36,688 bases of DNA from positions 1 to 36,688 of the IMG/VR virus record IMGVR_UViG_3300046786_000925; one strand, given 5' to 3'. Within the stretch, counting starts at the first letter, position 1. The number at the start of each line of letters is the position of its first letter. The translations under genes were made by a program, and so were the position numbers. This DNA is from a virus (Duplodnaviria > Caudoviricetes). Shown here one piece after another: positions 26,701 through 35,147 of the stretch. Below the pieces are notes generated by a model that was given only the letters and a program-made list of their open reading frames with translations, did no database searches and was not told the DNA's origin.

Positions 26701-28515
26701 GGTAACTCTATTTTAGAGGTTCGAGGTAATTCAACTAGTGGTACTGCTACGATTAGAACTAATTCTGGTGTTACAACCGTAAGTGTATTCGATACACAGG
26801 CAACAACTGGATCATTATTTAATGCAGCTCCGAGTGTTAGTATTGGTAATGCTATCGCATCAGCTAATACTACAAATAGAACATTAAATATATTTACATC
26901 AATCCCTACTACTACAACTTCCAGTCAATCAATACTGACATTTGGTGCAGCGGTCACTAGTGGTACTAATAAAATTGTTATTAATGCTGGTACTGGTGCA
27001 ACGGTGGCATTTGATTCTGGATTGGCTTCTGCAACTGCAACACTTTTTGCAACAACTACTGGAACTGTTAAACTTGCTGAAAATTCTACTACACTTGCAA
27101 TTCAAGGTACTACTACATCTGGTACAACAACTACAATTGCAGCATTATCGGCAAATAATAATAATACTCTGACATTTGGTGGATTAGCAACTTCTGCAAC
27201 TAATAAAATAGTTATTAATGCATCTAGTGGCGGTATTGCAACATTAGATGCTGGTAATTCTGGTGCTACTGGTAATATATTTCCAACTATTACAGGTACT
27301 GTAAATTATTCAACATTAGCAACTACCGTTGGTATATCTAATACCACTTCATCGGCAGTTAGTGTTAATATTGCAACAGCAGCAACAGTTGGTGCATCAA
27401 CATTGACATTTGGTGGCGCAGCATCAGGTAATACTGTTAAGATAGGCGGTACAACAGCTGGAACAATTAATTTAACAACTGATGTTACTAGTGGTTCAGT
27501 AAATATTTTTCCAAGTGTAACCGGTACAATTACTTTAGGTTCATCGACAATTGCAACCGGTGGAACTGGAGTTGTTAAACTAGGAACATCACCTAGTCAA
27601 ACCGCTACTGGAACTGAAGTTGTAACAGCAGATTGGGTTATTAATAATGTTGGTGCAATCAATTCAGTTGTTACCGATTTGGGTTCATCTCTTACTGCTA
27701 ATCAAGTTATAGATACCTCTACTTCTGGTGCTGGAGTATTCAATACATCTACATATCGTTCTGCAAAATACATTGTTCAAGCAACACAGTATGGTTCTAC
27801 ATCAATGAGAACTCAGACATCTGAAATTCTAGTAACACATGATGCACCATTTGTAACAACAACTGGATTTGCTGGAAGTGCAACTAGTTCAACTAGTGTT
27901 ACATTAAGTAATGCATCTGCTGCTGCATATTATGGTTTATATATAGGTATGACAGTTGCAATATACACAATTAGTGGTTCTGATACAATTTCAGGTGGTA
28001 CTGGTATTATTACTTCAATAACACCTGGTACATCTATTGTTATTTCTACATCAAGTGGTAATACAACCATAACAACTGGAACTGTATTAAAAGCATATGT
28101 TGCAAATCCAAATTTCTCTGGAAATATTTCAACAACTGGTGCATCAATTACTGCAGTAACTACCACTACTGGTGTTTTATACCCAGGAATACAATTTGTA
28201 TATAGTACTGTAACTTATACTGTAACTGCAATCTCTACTAGTGGTTCAACTGTAACTGGTACATTATCTGCATCGCCTGGAAACTTGGTTAGTGTTGCAA
28301 TTACAGGTAAAGTTAATATTTGGATGACTGAATATGCAGTTCTTGAAACTAATGGAACTGTTGCAACCATAACAGCAGATACCAATGCATCTTCACCATA
28401 TAATATCAGATTGTATGCATCACCATCTACTACTGTTAGTGCTGGTGGTATTAGTATTGGGACTTTACAAAAAACAATATTCAAAATAGAAAAGGAATTG
28501 ATTGAGCTAGCTTAA
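23719..28515 (+). CDS. Long Thr/Gly/Ser-rich tail fibre protein
   Basis: 1598 aa; SD AGGAG; GVLPVANGGTG fibre motif, internal repeats, and a C-terminal YRSAKYIV...WMTEYAV domain. Confidence 0.75.
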   Translation: MSTTNKQFLTRAGVNLPAGTSTQAPLIFQNGTNLTTPVIGAMEWDGYNLTITEYSSNGTNSSAPATTVRRTLAYNDSTLLPKVDTLTANGTTQATTTAKITNDVVYVSGASVSTGPGYNGVILPPAVPGRKVTIINISTNPINIWPYPAVSDLTGVSSTGTTLTVSSTTNLYPGMILTNANFVGGVAKIISITGNTTVVIDATPTTALSGATVSISNGGTGRINGSAVNQAYALDKSSSIEMVAYDSVYWYTLAATPLNATGVSTSNYTIGDLIVANGATTLGVINDIAVGNVLLSGGVGASPTYGKVDLTSVVSGVLPVANGGTGTTGSGLLASGSSYDIVTTGVTSLNIGSAATSINIGASTGTTTINNDLTVAGNLIVGGDQVINNTTNTSIEDTIFEMNHPSAGWLSSDSGADIGTKFDWFKSSGNYLIVTGGSSTGTTCTLNVPVYITAGTIITIAGVTPASFNGTFVVTSATSGATPTITYTSGTSYTGAVTTSGALGSVIKEVKFTGTSFTWAANVITVSYTGPALPLVTVLSPTYSSASNIITHSGAVVVYPGMFLTGANITAGTYVVSVTDTTHFTTNIKPTGSNSGSILAGAMVTIAGTTNYNGTYYIATASANSFTISKNGSAATESSGTFTFDHRYAFAGWTNDAQAFEYYKEGEETSTGVFTGIYGSIKGGQFQTPGLPLSIGNTDITAGISLKIPTNTVYDIDSSTSATVAQGSVISVGQQTIGAKNATITYTNLASLYIANAPTTGSNVTGTNKYAIQVAAGNTLLGGDLAVNGSNLTTTQSTFNLLNATATTINAFGAGTTVNIATPATTGSTATSVNISNNTTAATTLSVGTASTSASTFTFGGSITTGTNTVKIGSGTGGTIAFDSGLAGATATLFASTTGTVRIAEASTTVTLQNTTSSASTLNIATATGNNTNTLTYGGAATTATNTIKINAGSGGIATLDAGNAGATGNLFPIITGNINIGGAASIINIGTTGGNSILEVRGNSTSGTATIRTNSGVTTVSVFDTQATTGSLFNAAPSVSIGNAIASANTTNRTLNIFTSIPTTTTSSQSILTFGAAVTSGTNKIVINAGTGATVAFDSGLASATATLFATTTGTVKLAENSTTLAIQGTTTSGTTTTIAALSANNNNTLTFGGLATSATNKIVINASSGGIATLDAGNSGATGNIFPTITGTVNYSTLATTVGISNTTSSAVSVNIATAATVGASTLTFGGAASGNTVKIGGTTAGTINLTTDVTSGSVNIFPSVTGTITLGSSTIATGGTGVVKLGTSPSQTATGTEVVTADWVINNVGAINSVVTDLGSSLTANQVIDTSTSGAGVFNTSTYRSAKYIVQATQYGSTSMRTQTSEILVTHDAPFVTTTGFAGSATSSTSVTLSNASAAAYYGLYIGMTVAIYTISGSDTISGGTGIITSITPGTSIVISTSSGNTTITTGTVLKAYVANPNFSGNISTTGASITAVTTTTGVLYPGIQFVYSTVTYTVTAISTSGSTVTGTLSASPGNLVSVAITGKVNIWMTEYAVLETNGTVATITADTNASSPYNIRLYASPSTTVSAGGISIGTLQKTIFKIEKELIELA
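26290..27300 (+). repeat. Diverged ~120-codon internal duplication with 648-bp offset
   Basis: TFG..GTN...AFDSGLA.ATATLFA.TTGTV...GGIATLDAGN.GATGN.FP occurs from 26290 and from 26938; the shared 30-mer GGCGGTATTGCAACATTAGATGCTGGTAAT is at 26581 and 27229. Confidence 0.8.
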
Positions 28516-28535
28516 TAACTTTATCAACTGAAAAG

Positions 28536-28561
28536 AAGGGCTGTATATACAGCCCTTTTTT
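28536..28561 (+). terminator. Intrinsic terminator formed by a perfect 22-bp palindrome (possibly bidirectional)
   Basis: AAGGGCTGTATATACAGCCCTT followed by Ts and preceded by As. Confidence 0.8.
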
Positions 28562-28568
28562 ATAAATA
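28561..28568 (+). promoter_or_regulatory. T4 late promoter consensus TATAAATA
   Basis: Perfect consensus immediately after the terminator, 32 nt upstream of ATG 28601. Confidence 0.75.
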
Positions 28569-28600
28569 CAGTATACAAATTTTGTGGATAGGGAAACAAA

Positions 28601-31600
28601 ATGTCAAACATCTTAAAAGAATTCAACGTAAAACATGGTGCACTTATTGGTACCAACAATGCTAATTATGTCCAAATATTGGGATCTGCATCTGGAAACT
28701 CGGTTGCAATCAATGCACAGGGTACTGATACCGATATAAGTATATCACTTGTGCCAAAAGGTAATGGTACTGTTAATATTCCATTATCATCAGCTATAAT
28801 GCCACTCGGTACACCGAATGGAGTATTATACTTAGATAGCACAAAAGCTATAACAACTGGTAATAATCTTACATTTTCCGGCACTAATCTTGGGATAGGA
28901 ATTACGACTCCATCGACTGCACTTGAAGTAAATGGTGATATTAAGGTATCCAATACCACAGAAACTTTAACTAAAACATCAACTATTGATGGTTGGACTT
29001 ATTCTGGAAAAAGTATATTGGTATCTGCACAAGAGACTGCTTCTCGTGGTTTAAGTTTTAGCACTGATGGAACTAAAATGTATATTGTTGGGCAAACAAC
29101 TGATACGGTTTATCAATATACACTTTCAACACCATTTGATGTGTCTACTGCTACTTATGCAAGCAAATCGTTTTCAATATTAGCACAAGACGGTACATCA
29201 ACATCTTTATATTTTAAACCTGATGGGTTAGTATTTTATATGTTAGGTGATTCTCTTGATACTGTTTATCAATATACATTATCAACTGCCTGGGATATAT
29301 CAACTTCAGCGTATTCTGGCGGATCATTTGCAAATACTCAAGAAACTGCTCCAGCCGGGTTAGGATTTAGTACTGATGGAACTAAAATGTATATTATTGG
29401 GAGTAATACTGATACTGTTTATCAATATACATTATCCACAGCATGGGATGTTCAATCTGCAACATATTCAACTAAGTCATTTTCTGTAACTCTATTTGAC
29501 GGAACTCCAAGTGGTATTGAATTTAACAATAATGGCACGAAGATGTATATTGTTGGTAGTGGATATGATTGTATTATTGAATATACATTATCAACAGCAT
29601 GGGATGTTTCAACTGCAGTTTATACTGATAGATTACTAATATCATTAGGTATTAGTATTATCGACCCATTAACAGTATTAGATGCTACTGTTACACAAGA
29701 TATATACACAGATTTTACTAATAATGTTGCATATATTCTAGATAGTAACACAGGCAGAGTATATCAATATACTACTAATACAACACCAATGAAAGTAAGT
29801 GGTAATAAATTAGTTGTTACACCATTTACTTATTTTAAAAATGATATTGCAACATTAGGATCGATTCGTGCATTAGGATTTATACAAGCAACCAATGCAG
29901 CAACATTTTCTAGCACTGTAAATGTTGGTAGCACATTAACTGCTAGTGGCTCATTAGTGGCCTCTTCAACAATAACTTTATCTGGTTCAGCCTCTAGTGC
30001 AACAACAATTGGAACTGCAGCAACCACTGGAACAACAACTATTGGTGGTACACTTCAATCAGGTTTAATTACAATTGGTCAATCAACTGGTGCTCAAACA
30101 TTAAATATTGCCAATGGTGCAACACTTACTGCTACAACTAAAACTGTCAATATTGGTGCGAATGGTGTAAGTGGTTCAACTACTAATATTAATATTGGTA
30201 GTGCTGTCAGTGGTGCAACTAGTAGTACAACAAATAATGGGACATTGAGTGTTACTGGCACATTGAATGCTACTTCAACAATATCATTGGGTGGCTCAAC
30301 CACATCTGCAACTAACATTGGTACGTCTGCACTAACTGGAACAACGACTATTGGTGGTACAAGTCAATCTGGTATTATAACTATTGGTCAATCAGCTGTA
30401 GCACAGACATTAAATATTGCCAATGGTGCAACACTTACTGCTACAACTAAAACTGTCAATATTGGTGCGAATGGTGCAAGTGGTTCAACTACTGCGATTA
30501 ATATTGGTAGTGCTGTCAATGGGGCAACTAATAATATTACTGTAAATGGTCTAACGGTAGTGCAATCTGCTACAAGTAGAGTTGGTATCGGAATTGATAG
30601 CGGTGGTAGTATAACACTTGGAAGACAAGATGGAACCGCATCATCGCCTTATATTGATTTTAACACAGGTGCTACTTTAGTAGATTATGATACAAGAATT
30701 ATTGCCACTTCCGGTAATGGAACTGCTGGTAATGGAACATTAGGTATTTTAACAGGAGCTGTTGGTATTGGAACATCAACACCAGGTGCTAAATTGCATA
30801 TTAGACAAGATCAAGATGGTACAACTCAGACTATTATTCAAAATAGAAATGCAACTGGTACTCCATTATCGGCATTAACATTTATTTCAGGTGCATTTGA
30901 TTATGCTGACGATAGATATGCACAAATTGTTTCAGGTGGCGGTAGTTCTAACTATCTAGCATTTAAAGTATCAAATGGTGCAACACCTTCTGAAAAATTA
31001 AGAATAGCTTCTTCAGGGAATATTCTTATTGGAACTAGTACTGATAATAGCACTGGTTTATTACAAGTTAATGGAACGATAACAGGAACAACTTTAAAAT
31101 CTACGGTAGCAACTGGTACAGCACCATTTACGGTTTCCTCTACTACTCTAGTTACGAATCTGAACGCTGATACATTAGATGGATACCATGCATCAAGTTT
31201 CTTAACAGCTGAAACTGATACATTACAATCTGTAACAGGACGTGGAGCTACTTCTTCTGTTTCTACTATTTCCTTAACAGCAGCCACTGCATCAACTACA
31301 ACTGGTACAGGTACATTAGTAGTAACAGGTGGGGTTGGTATCGGTGGTGATACCTATGTTGGTGGTAATTTAGTTGTTACTGGTACTATTACTGGTAGTA
31401 ATCCAACATCGACCATAGATTTAACACCTGCTAATACATCTGGTGTTCAGAAAGGTATACGATTATATGATGCCGGAACTGGTTCAGGTGAGGGATTATA
31501 TATTCAATGGGAATCTGCTAGTCGATCAGATGCAGCACAGATTTATGGGGTTGGTGATACAACTGGTGGTGCATTGGTGTTTAAAACGAATACAAGTAAT

Positions 31601-33283
31601 ACTGGAACTAGTACAGAACGTATGCGTATCGACAGTTCTGGCAACCTAGGTTTGGGGGTTACTCCGAGTGCTTGGTATAGTGGGTATAAAGCATTTGATG
31701 TTTCTGCTTGGGGTAGTGTTGTCGGCGAGTTTGGCACTCAAGGTACGATAACTGTTGTATCAAACGCATACGCAACTTCGGCTGGATACGATAGTTGGGT
31801 CTATAAAAACACTGCACCAGCCTCTCGATATAAGCAGTATGACGGTCAACACCAATGGTACACCGCCCCATCCGGCACCGCAGGTAACGCGATAAGTTTT
31901 ACTCAGGCTATGACGTTGGATGCTAGTGGGAATTTGGGTATTGGTACGAGTTCTCCTATTGCTAAATTAGATATTGCTGGTGATTTGAATGTCGATTATT
32001 TTTCTCGAAAAATTGGGTATTTAGCTGGCGACTCTAGTCACCAAGGCTATATTCAGCCTTATGACTCTAATGGGTTTTTAAATCTATATGCCACATTTGG
32101 AACTGGTGGGATAAGGCTTTTTACTGGGTCAGGTGGTGGCACAGAACGTATGCGTATCGACAGTTCCGGTAACGTGGGGATTGGTCTTTCTACCCCTGGT
32201 GCATTATTTGATGTATACCGTGAAATACGAGTTAGTTATGCCAACAGTAATCAATATCGTATTAGAATAACTGATACTGATGGGAATGGGCGTATTTTAG
32301 TTGATGGTGATACGAGTAGTTTAATTTTTGGTACATCATCTGCTGGCACAAACGCGACTGCTACAGAACGCATGCGTATCGACAGTTCTGGCAACCTTGG
32401 CTTGGGGGTTATTCCTAGTGCTTGGAATAGTACTTGGAAAGCAATTGAGATAACTTCTGGTGCTGGGTATATCGGTTCTGGTGTAGTAAATGCTATTTCA
32501 ATTGGGCAGAATAATTATGTAAATGCTGGTGGTAGTTATGTTTATAAAACTACTAATGCAACGACCGTGTATCAACAAACCGCTGGGCAACACCAATGGT
32601 ATACAGCAGCATCGGGTACTGCAGGAAACGCTATTAGTTTCACCCAAACAATGACACTGGATGCTAGTGGGAATTTAGGGATTGGTACCACCACGCCAGG
32701 TGCTAAATTAGAAGTTAATGGAACAGTTAGATTCCCATCAGTAGGAACAAGTGGTATAATTGGATTAGGGGCTAGTGGTGCATTGAGTTCAGTAACAATT
32801 GGGTCAGGATTAAGTTTAACAGCTGGGACATTGACTGCATCTGCATCGGTAAGTGTATCAGATGATACGACAACTGTTGCAACATATTATCCTGTATTTT
32901 CCACTACAACAAGTGGTGCCCCAACATTAAAAGTATCATCAACAAAATTGCAGTTTATACCAAGTACTGGTACATTATATGCTACAATATTTCAATCATT
33001 ATCTGATAAATCATTGAAAACCAATGTTGAATCCATTGTAGATCCATATGCCGTATTAGAATTAGAAGGTGTTAAATATGATTGGGTTGATGGAAGTGGT
33101 ACCCAATACGGTTTTATAGCTCAAGATGTTGAAAAAATTATTCCTGAATTAGTTGGGTTTAATGGCGAATATAAAAGCGTTAATTATAATGGTATTATAC
33201 CATTCTTAGTTGAAACTGTTAAAAAACAACAATCTGTTATTGATAGTTTAATCGCTCGTATAGAAAAATTGGAGAATAAATAA
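28601..33283 (+). CDS. Tail fibre with N-terminal beta-propeller repeats and C-terminal intramolecular chaperone (peptidase S74-like) domain
   Basis: Four Y(Q/E)YTLST(A/P)(W/F)D(V/I) repeats and several ERMRIDSSGN repeats. C-terminal SDKSLKTNV...GFIAQDVEKIIPELV...SVNYNGIIPFLV plus coiled coil. Confidence 0.85.
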   Translation: MSNILKEFNVKHGALIGTNNANYVQILGSASGNSVAINAQGTDTDISISLVPKGNGTVNIPLSSAIMPLGTPNGVLYLDSTKAITTGNNLTFSGTNLGIGITTPSTALEVNGDIKVSNTTETLTKTSTIDGWTYSGKSILVSAQETASRGLSFSTDGTKMYIVGQTTDTVYQYTLSTPFDVSTATYASKSFSILAQDGTSTSLYFKPDGLVFYMLGDSLDTVYQYTLSTAWDISTSAYSGGSFANTQETAPAGLGFSTDGTKMYIIGSNTDTVYQYTLSTAWDVQSATYSTKSFSVTLFDGTPSGIEFNNNGTKMYIVGSGYDCIIEYTLSTAWDVSTAVYTDRLLISLGISIIDPLTVLDATVTQDIYTDFTNNVAYILDSNTGRVYQYTTNTTPMKVSGNKLVVTPFTYFKNDIATLGSIRALGFIQATNAATFSSTVNVGSTLTASGSLVASSTITLSGSASSATTIGTAATTGTTTIGGTLQSGLITIGQSTGAQTLNIANGATLTATTKTVNIGANGVSGSTTNINIGSAVSGATSSTTNNGTLSVTGTLNATSTISLGGSTTSATNIGTSALTGTTTIGGTSQSGIITIGQSAVAQTLNIANGATLTATTKTVNIGANGASGSTTAINIGSAVNGATNNITVNGLTVVQSATSRVGIGIDSGGSITLGRQDGTASSPYIDFNTGATLVDYDTRIIATSGNGTAGNGTLGILTGAVGIGTSTPGAKLHIRQDQDGTTQTIIQNRNATGTPLSALTFISGAFDYADDRYAQIVSGGGSSNYLAFKVSNGATPSEKLRIASSGNILIGTSTDNSTGLLQVNGTITGTTLKSTVATGTAPFTVSSTTLVTNLNADTLDGYHASSFLTAETDTLQSVTGRGATSSVSTISLTAATASTTTGTGTLVVTGGVGIGGDTYVGGNLVVTGTITGSNPTSTIDLTPANTSGVQKGIRLYDAGTGSGEGLYIQWESASRSDAAQIYGVGDTTGGALVFKTNTSNTGTSTERMRIDSSGNLGLGVTPSAWYSGYKAFDVSAWGSVVGEFGTQGTITVVSNAYATSAGYDSWVYKNTAPASRYKQYDGQHQWYTAPSGTAGNAISFTQAMTLDASGNLGIGTSSPIAKLDIAGDLNVDYFSRKIGYLAGDSSHQGYIQPYDSNGFLNLYATFGTGGIRLFTGSGGGTERMRIDSSGNVGIGLSTPGALFDVYREIRVSYANSNQYRIRITDTDGNGRILVDGDTSSLIFGTSSAGTNATATERMRIDSSGNLGLGVIPSAWNSTWKAIEITSGAGYIGSGVVNAISIGQNNYVNAGGSYVYKTTNATTVYQQTAGQHQWYTAASGTAGNAISFTQTMTLDASGNLGIGTTTPGAKLEVNGTVRFPSVGTSGIIGLGASGALSSVTIGSGLSLTAGTLTASASVSVSDDTTTVATYYPVFSTTTSGAPTLKVSSTKLQFIPSTGTLYATIFQSLSDKSLKTNVESIVDPYAVLELEGVKYDWVDGSGTQYGFIAQDVEKIIPELVGFNGEYKSVNYNGIIPFLVETVKKQQSVIDSLIARIEKLENK
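30098..30476 (+). repeat. Exact 70-bp direct repeat (30098-30167, 30407-30476) within a 309-bp-period duplication
   Basis: Directly visible; encodes TLNIANGATLTATTKTVNIGANG. Confidence 0.9.
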
Positions 33284-34458
33284 TGTCAGGGTTTAATTCA
33301 CCTTTAACTGGTGATTTTGACAAATATTTCATGACTACTACCGATCTAATTGATCGGTATGCAACAGGCGGATTATGGACTTGTGGTTATAATAATAATG
33401 GACAATTAGGTGATAGTACAACAACCAGTAAATCAAGTCCAATACAAACCATTGCAGGTGGAACTAATTGGAAACAAGTTACATGTGGCTATATGCATAC
33501 TGCAGCAATCAAAACAGATGGAACATTATGGACTTGGGGTTATAATGCGTTTGGTCAATTAGGTAATAATGCAACAATCAGTAAATCAAGTCCAATACAA
33601 ACCATTGCAGGTGGAACTAATTGGAAACAAGTTTCCGGCGGTTCCTCTAATATAGCAGCGATTAAAACAGATGGAACATTATGGAATTGGGGATATAATG
33701 GTGATGGACGACTAGGTGATAGTACAACAATCAGTAAATCAAGTCCAATACAAACCATTGCAGGTGGTACTAATTGGAAACAAGTTGCGGGTGGCTATTA
33801 TCATACAGCAGCGATTAAAACAGATGGAACATTATGGACTTGGGGTGATAATTCTTATGGTCAATTAGGTGATAGTACAACAACCAGTAAATCAAGTCCA
33901 GTACAAACCATTGCAGGTGGCACTAACTGGAAACAGGTTTCATGCGGTCAGTATCATATAGCAGCAATAAAAACAGATGGTACATTATGGAATTGGGGTA
34001 GAAATAATAATGGTCAATTAGGTGATAGTACACCAACCAGTAAATCAAGTCCAATACAAACCATAGTAGGTGGCACTAATTGGAAACAAGTTACATGTGG
34101 AGCTTATCATACAGCAGCAATGAAAACTGATGGTACTTTATGGTCGTGGGGATATAATCTTTTTGGAGCATTAGGTAATAATACAACAATCAGTAACTTA
34201 AGACCGGTACAGACCATAGCAGGTGGCACTAATTGGAAACAAGTTACATGTGGAGCTTATCATACAGCGGCGATTAAAACAGATGGAACATTATGGTCTT
34301 GGGGTAATGGTGGTGATGGCCGACTAGGTGATAGTACTAGTATACCAAAATCTAGTCCAGTACAAACCATTGCAGGTGGTACTAACTGGAAACAAGTTGC
34401 ATGTGGCTATCGACATACTGTAGCAGTACAATATTCAGATATAGGACAAATTTTATAA
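33283..34458 (+). CDS. RCC1/BLIP-II-like 7-bladed beta-propeller protein
   Basis: Seven 51-aa (153-bp) repeats LWxWGxNxxGQLGDSTTxSKSSPxQTIAGGTNWKQVxCGxxHTAAIKTDGT. Confidence 0.9.
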   Translation: MSGFNSPLTGDFDKYFMTTTDLIDRYATGGLWTCGYNNNGQLGDSTTTSKSSPIQTIAGGTNWKQVTCGYMHTAAIKTDGTLWTWGYNAFGQLGNNATISKSSPIQTIAGGTNWKQVSGGSSNIAAIKTDGTLWNWGYNGDGRLGDSTTISKSSPIQTIAGGTNWKQVAGGYYHTAAIKTDGTLWTWGDNSYGQLGDSTTTSKSSPVQTIAGGTNWKQVSCGQYHIAAIKTDGTLWNWGRNNNGQLGDSTPTSKSSPIQTIVGGTNWKQVTCGAYHTAAMKTDGTLWSWGYNLFGALGNNTTISNLRPVQTIAGGTNWKQVTCGAYHTAAIKTDGTLWSWGNGGDGRLGDSTSIPKSSPVQTIAGGTNWKQVACGYRHTVAVQYSDIGQIL

Positions 34459-35147
34459 TGTATTTACTAATAGAAAAAACACACGATGGAATGGATTTCG
34501 TTCATCTAGGACCAATGAATTGGAGACCTAGATTTTTTCAATCCTGTTTAAGAGATGATTTAGAAATAGAATTCAATGTTCCGTTATCAAATGATACTAA
34601 TGAAGCAATTATTATTAACGAAATTGCTAGAATTATTCCAGTTATTGATATTGGATTAACATCAGAATATAATCCAAAAATTCAACGATTAGTTGGACCA
34701 AAGTATAATTTCTTTGAAACATATGCAGAACTGTATCATGATGTAGAAGATAAACCAATTGAAGTAGTTAGAGAAGAATTAAAACCGATTGTTGCAGCTA
34801 ATAGATATCGTTATGAAATATTAGGAATTACTGTTAATATTCAAGATAAAGATATCTCGATATTAACTACACGGGAAGATCGTGGATTATATTTACAAGC
34901 ATATCAACTAGGTAAAGATGGTATTAATTGGAAATTCGGTAATGAATTCTTAACATTATCTAATGATGATTTAGGAATTATAGTGCAAGATATTGCCAAT
35001 CATGTACAAAATGCATTCGATTGGGAAGCTAATAAAATACAAGAAATAGATAATACCACATCATTATCGGAATTAAATGAATTAAAATTGGTTTCTGATA
35101 ATATTTTATGGGAACCGGTTATAATTGAACGCCCAGGAATAATGTAA
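34458..35147 (+). CDS. Putative tail-fibre assembly/adaptor protein (DUF4376-like C-terminus); start revised to ATG 34458
   Basis: TAATG overlap with the upstream stop. RYRYEILGI...INWKF...HVQNAFDWE pattern resembles DUF4376-type fibre-associated proteins (recalled, not searched). Confidence 0.6.
   Translation: MYLLIEKTHDGMDFVHLGPMNWRPRFFQSCLRDDLEIEFNVPLSNDTNEAIIINEIARIIPVIDIGLTSEYNPKIQRLVGPKYNFFETYAELYHDVEDKPIEVVREELKPIVAANRYRYEILGITVNIQDKDISILTTREDRGLYLQAYQLGKDGINWKFGNEFLTLSNDDLGIIVQDIANHVQNAFDWEANKIQEIDNTTSLSELNELKLVSDNILWEPVIIERPGIM

Noticed and set aside
23712-31871. Many long minus-strand ORFs (e.g. 23712-24512, 26034-26546, 30952-31287)
   Set aside because: Antisense shadows of Thr/Gly/Ala-rich genes whose codon bias suppresses reverse-strand stops. 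The Val/Pro-rich translations have no SD or motifs. The same applies to shadow ORFs elsewhere in the window.
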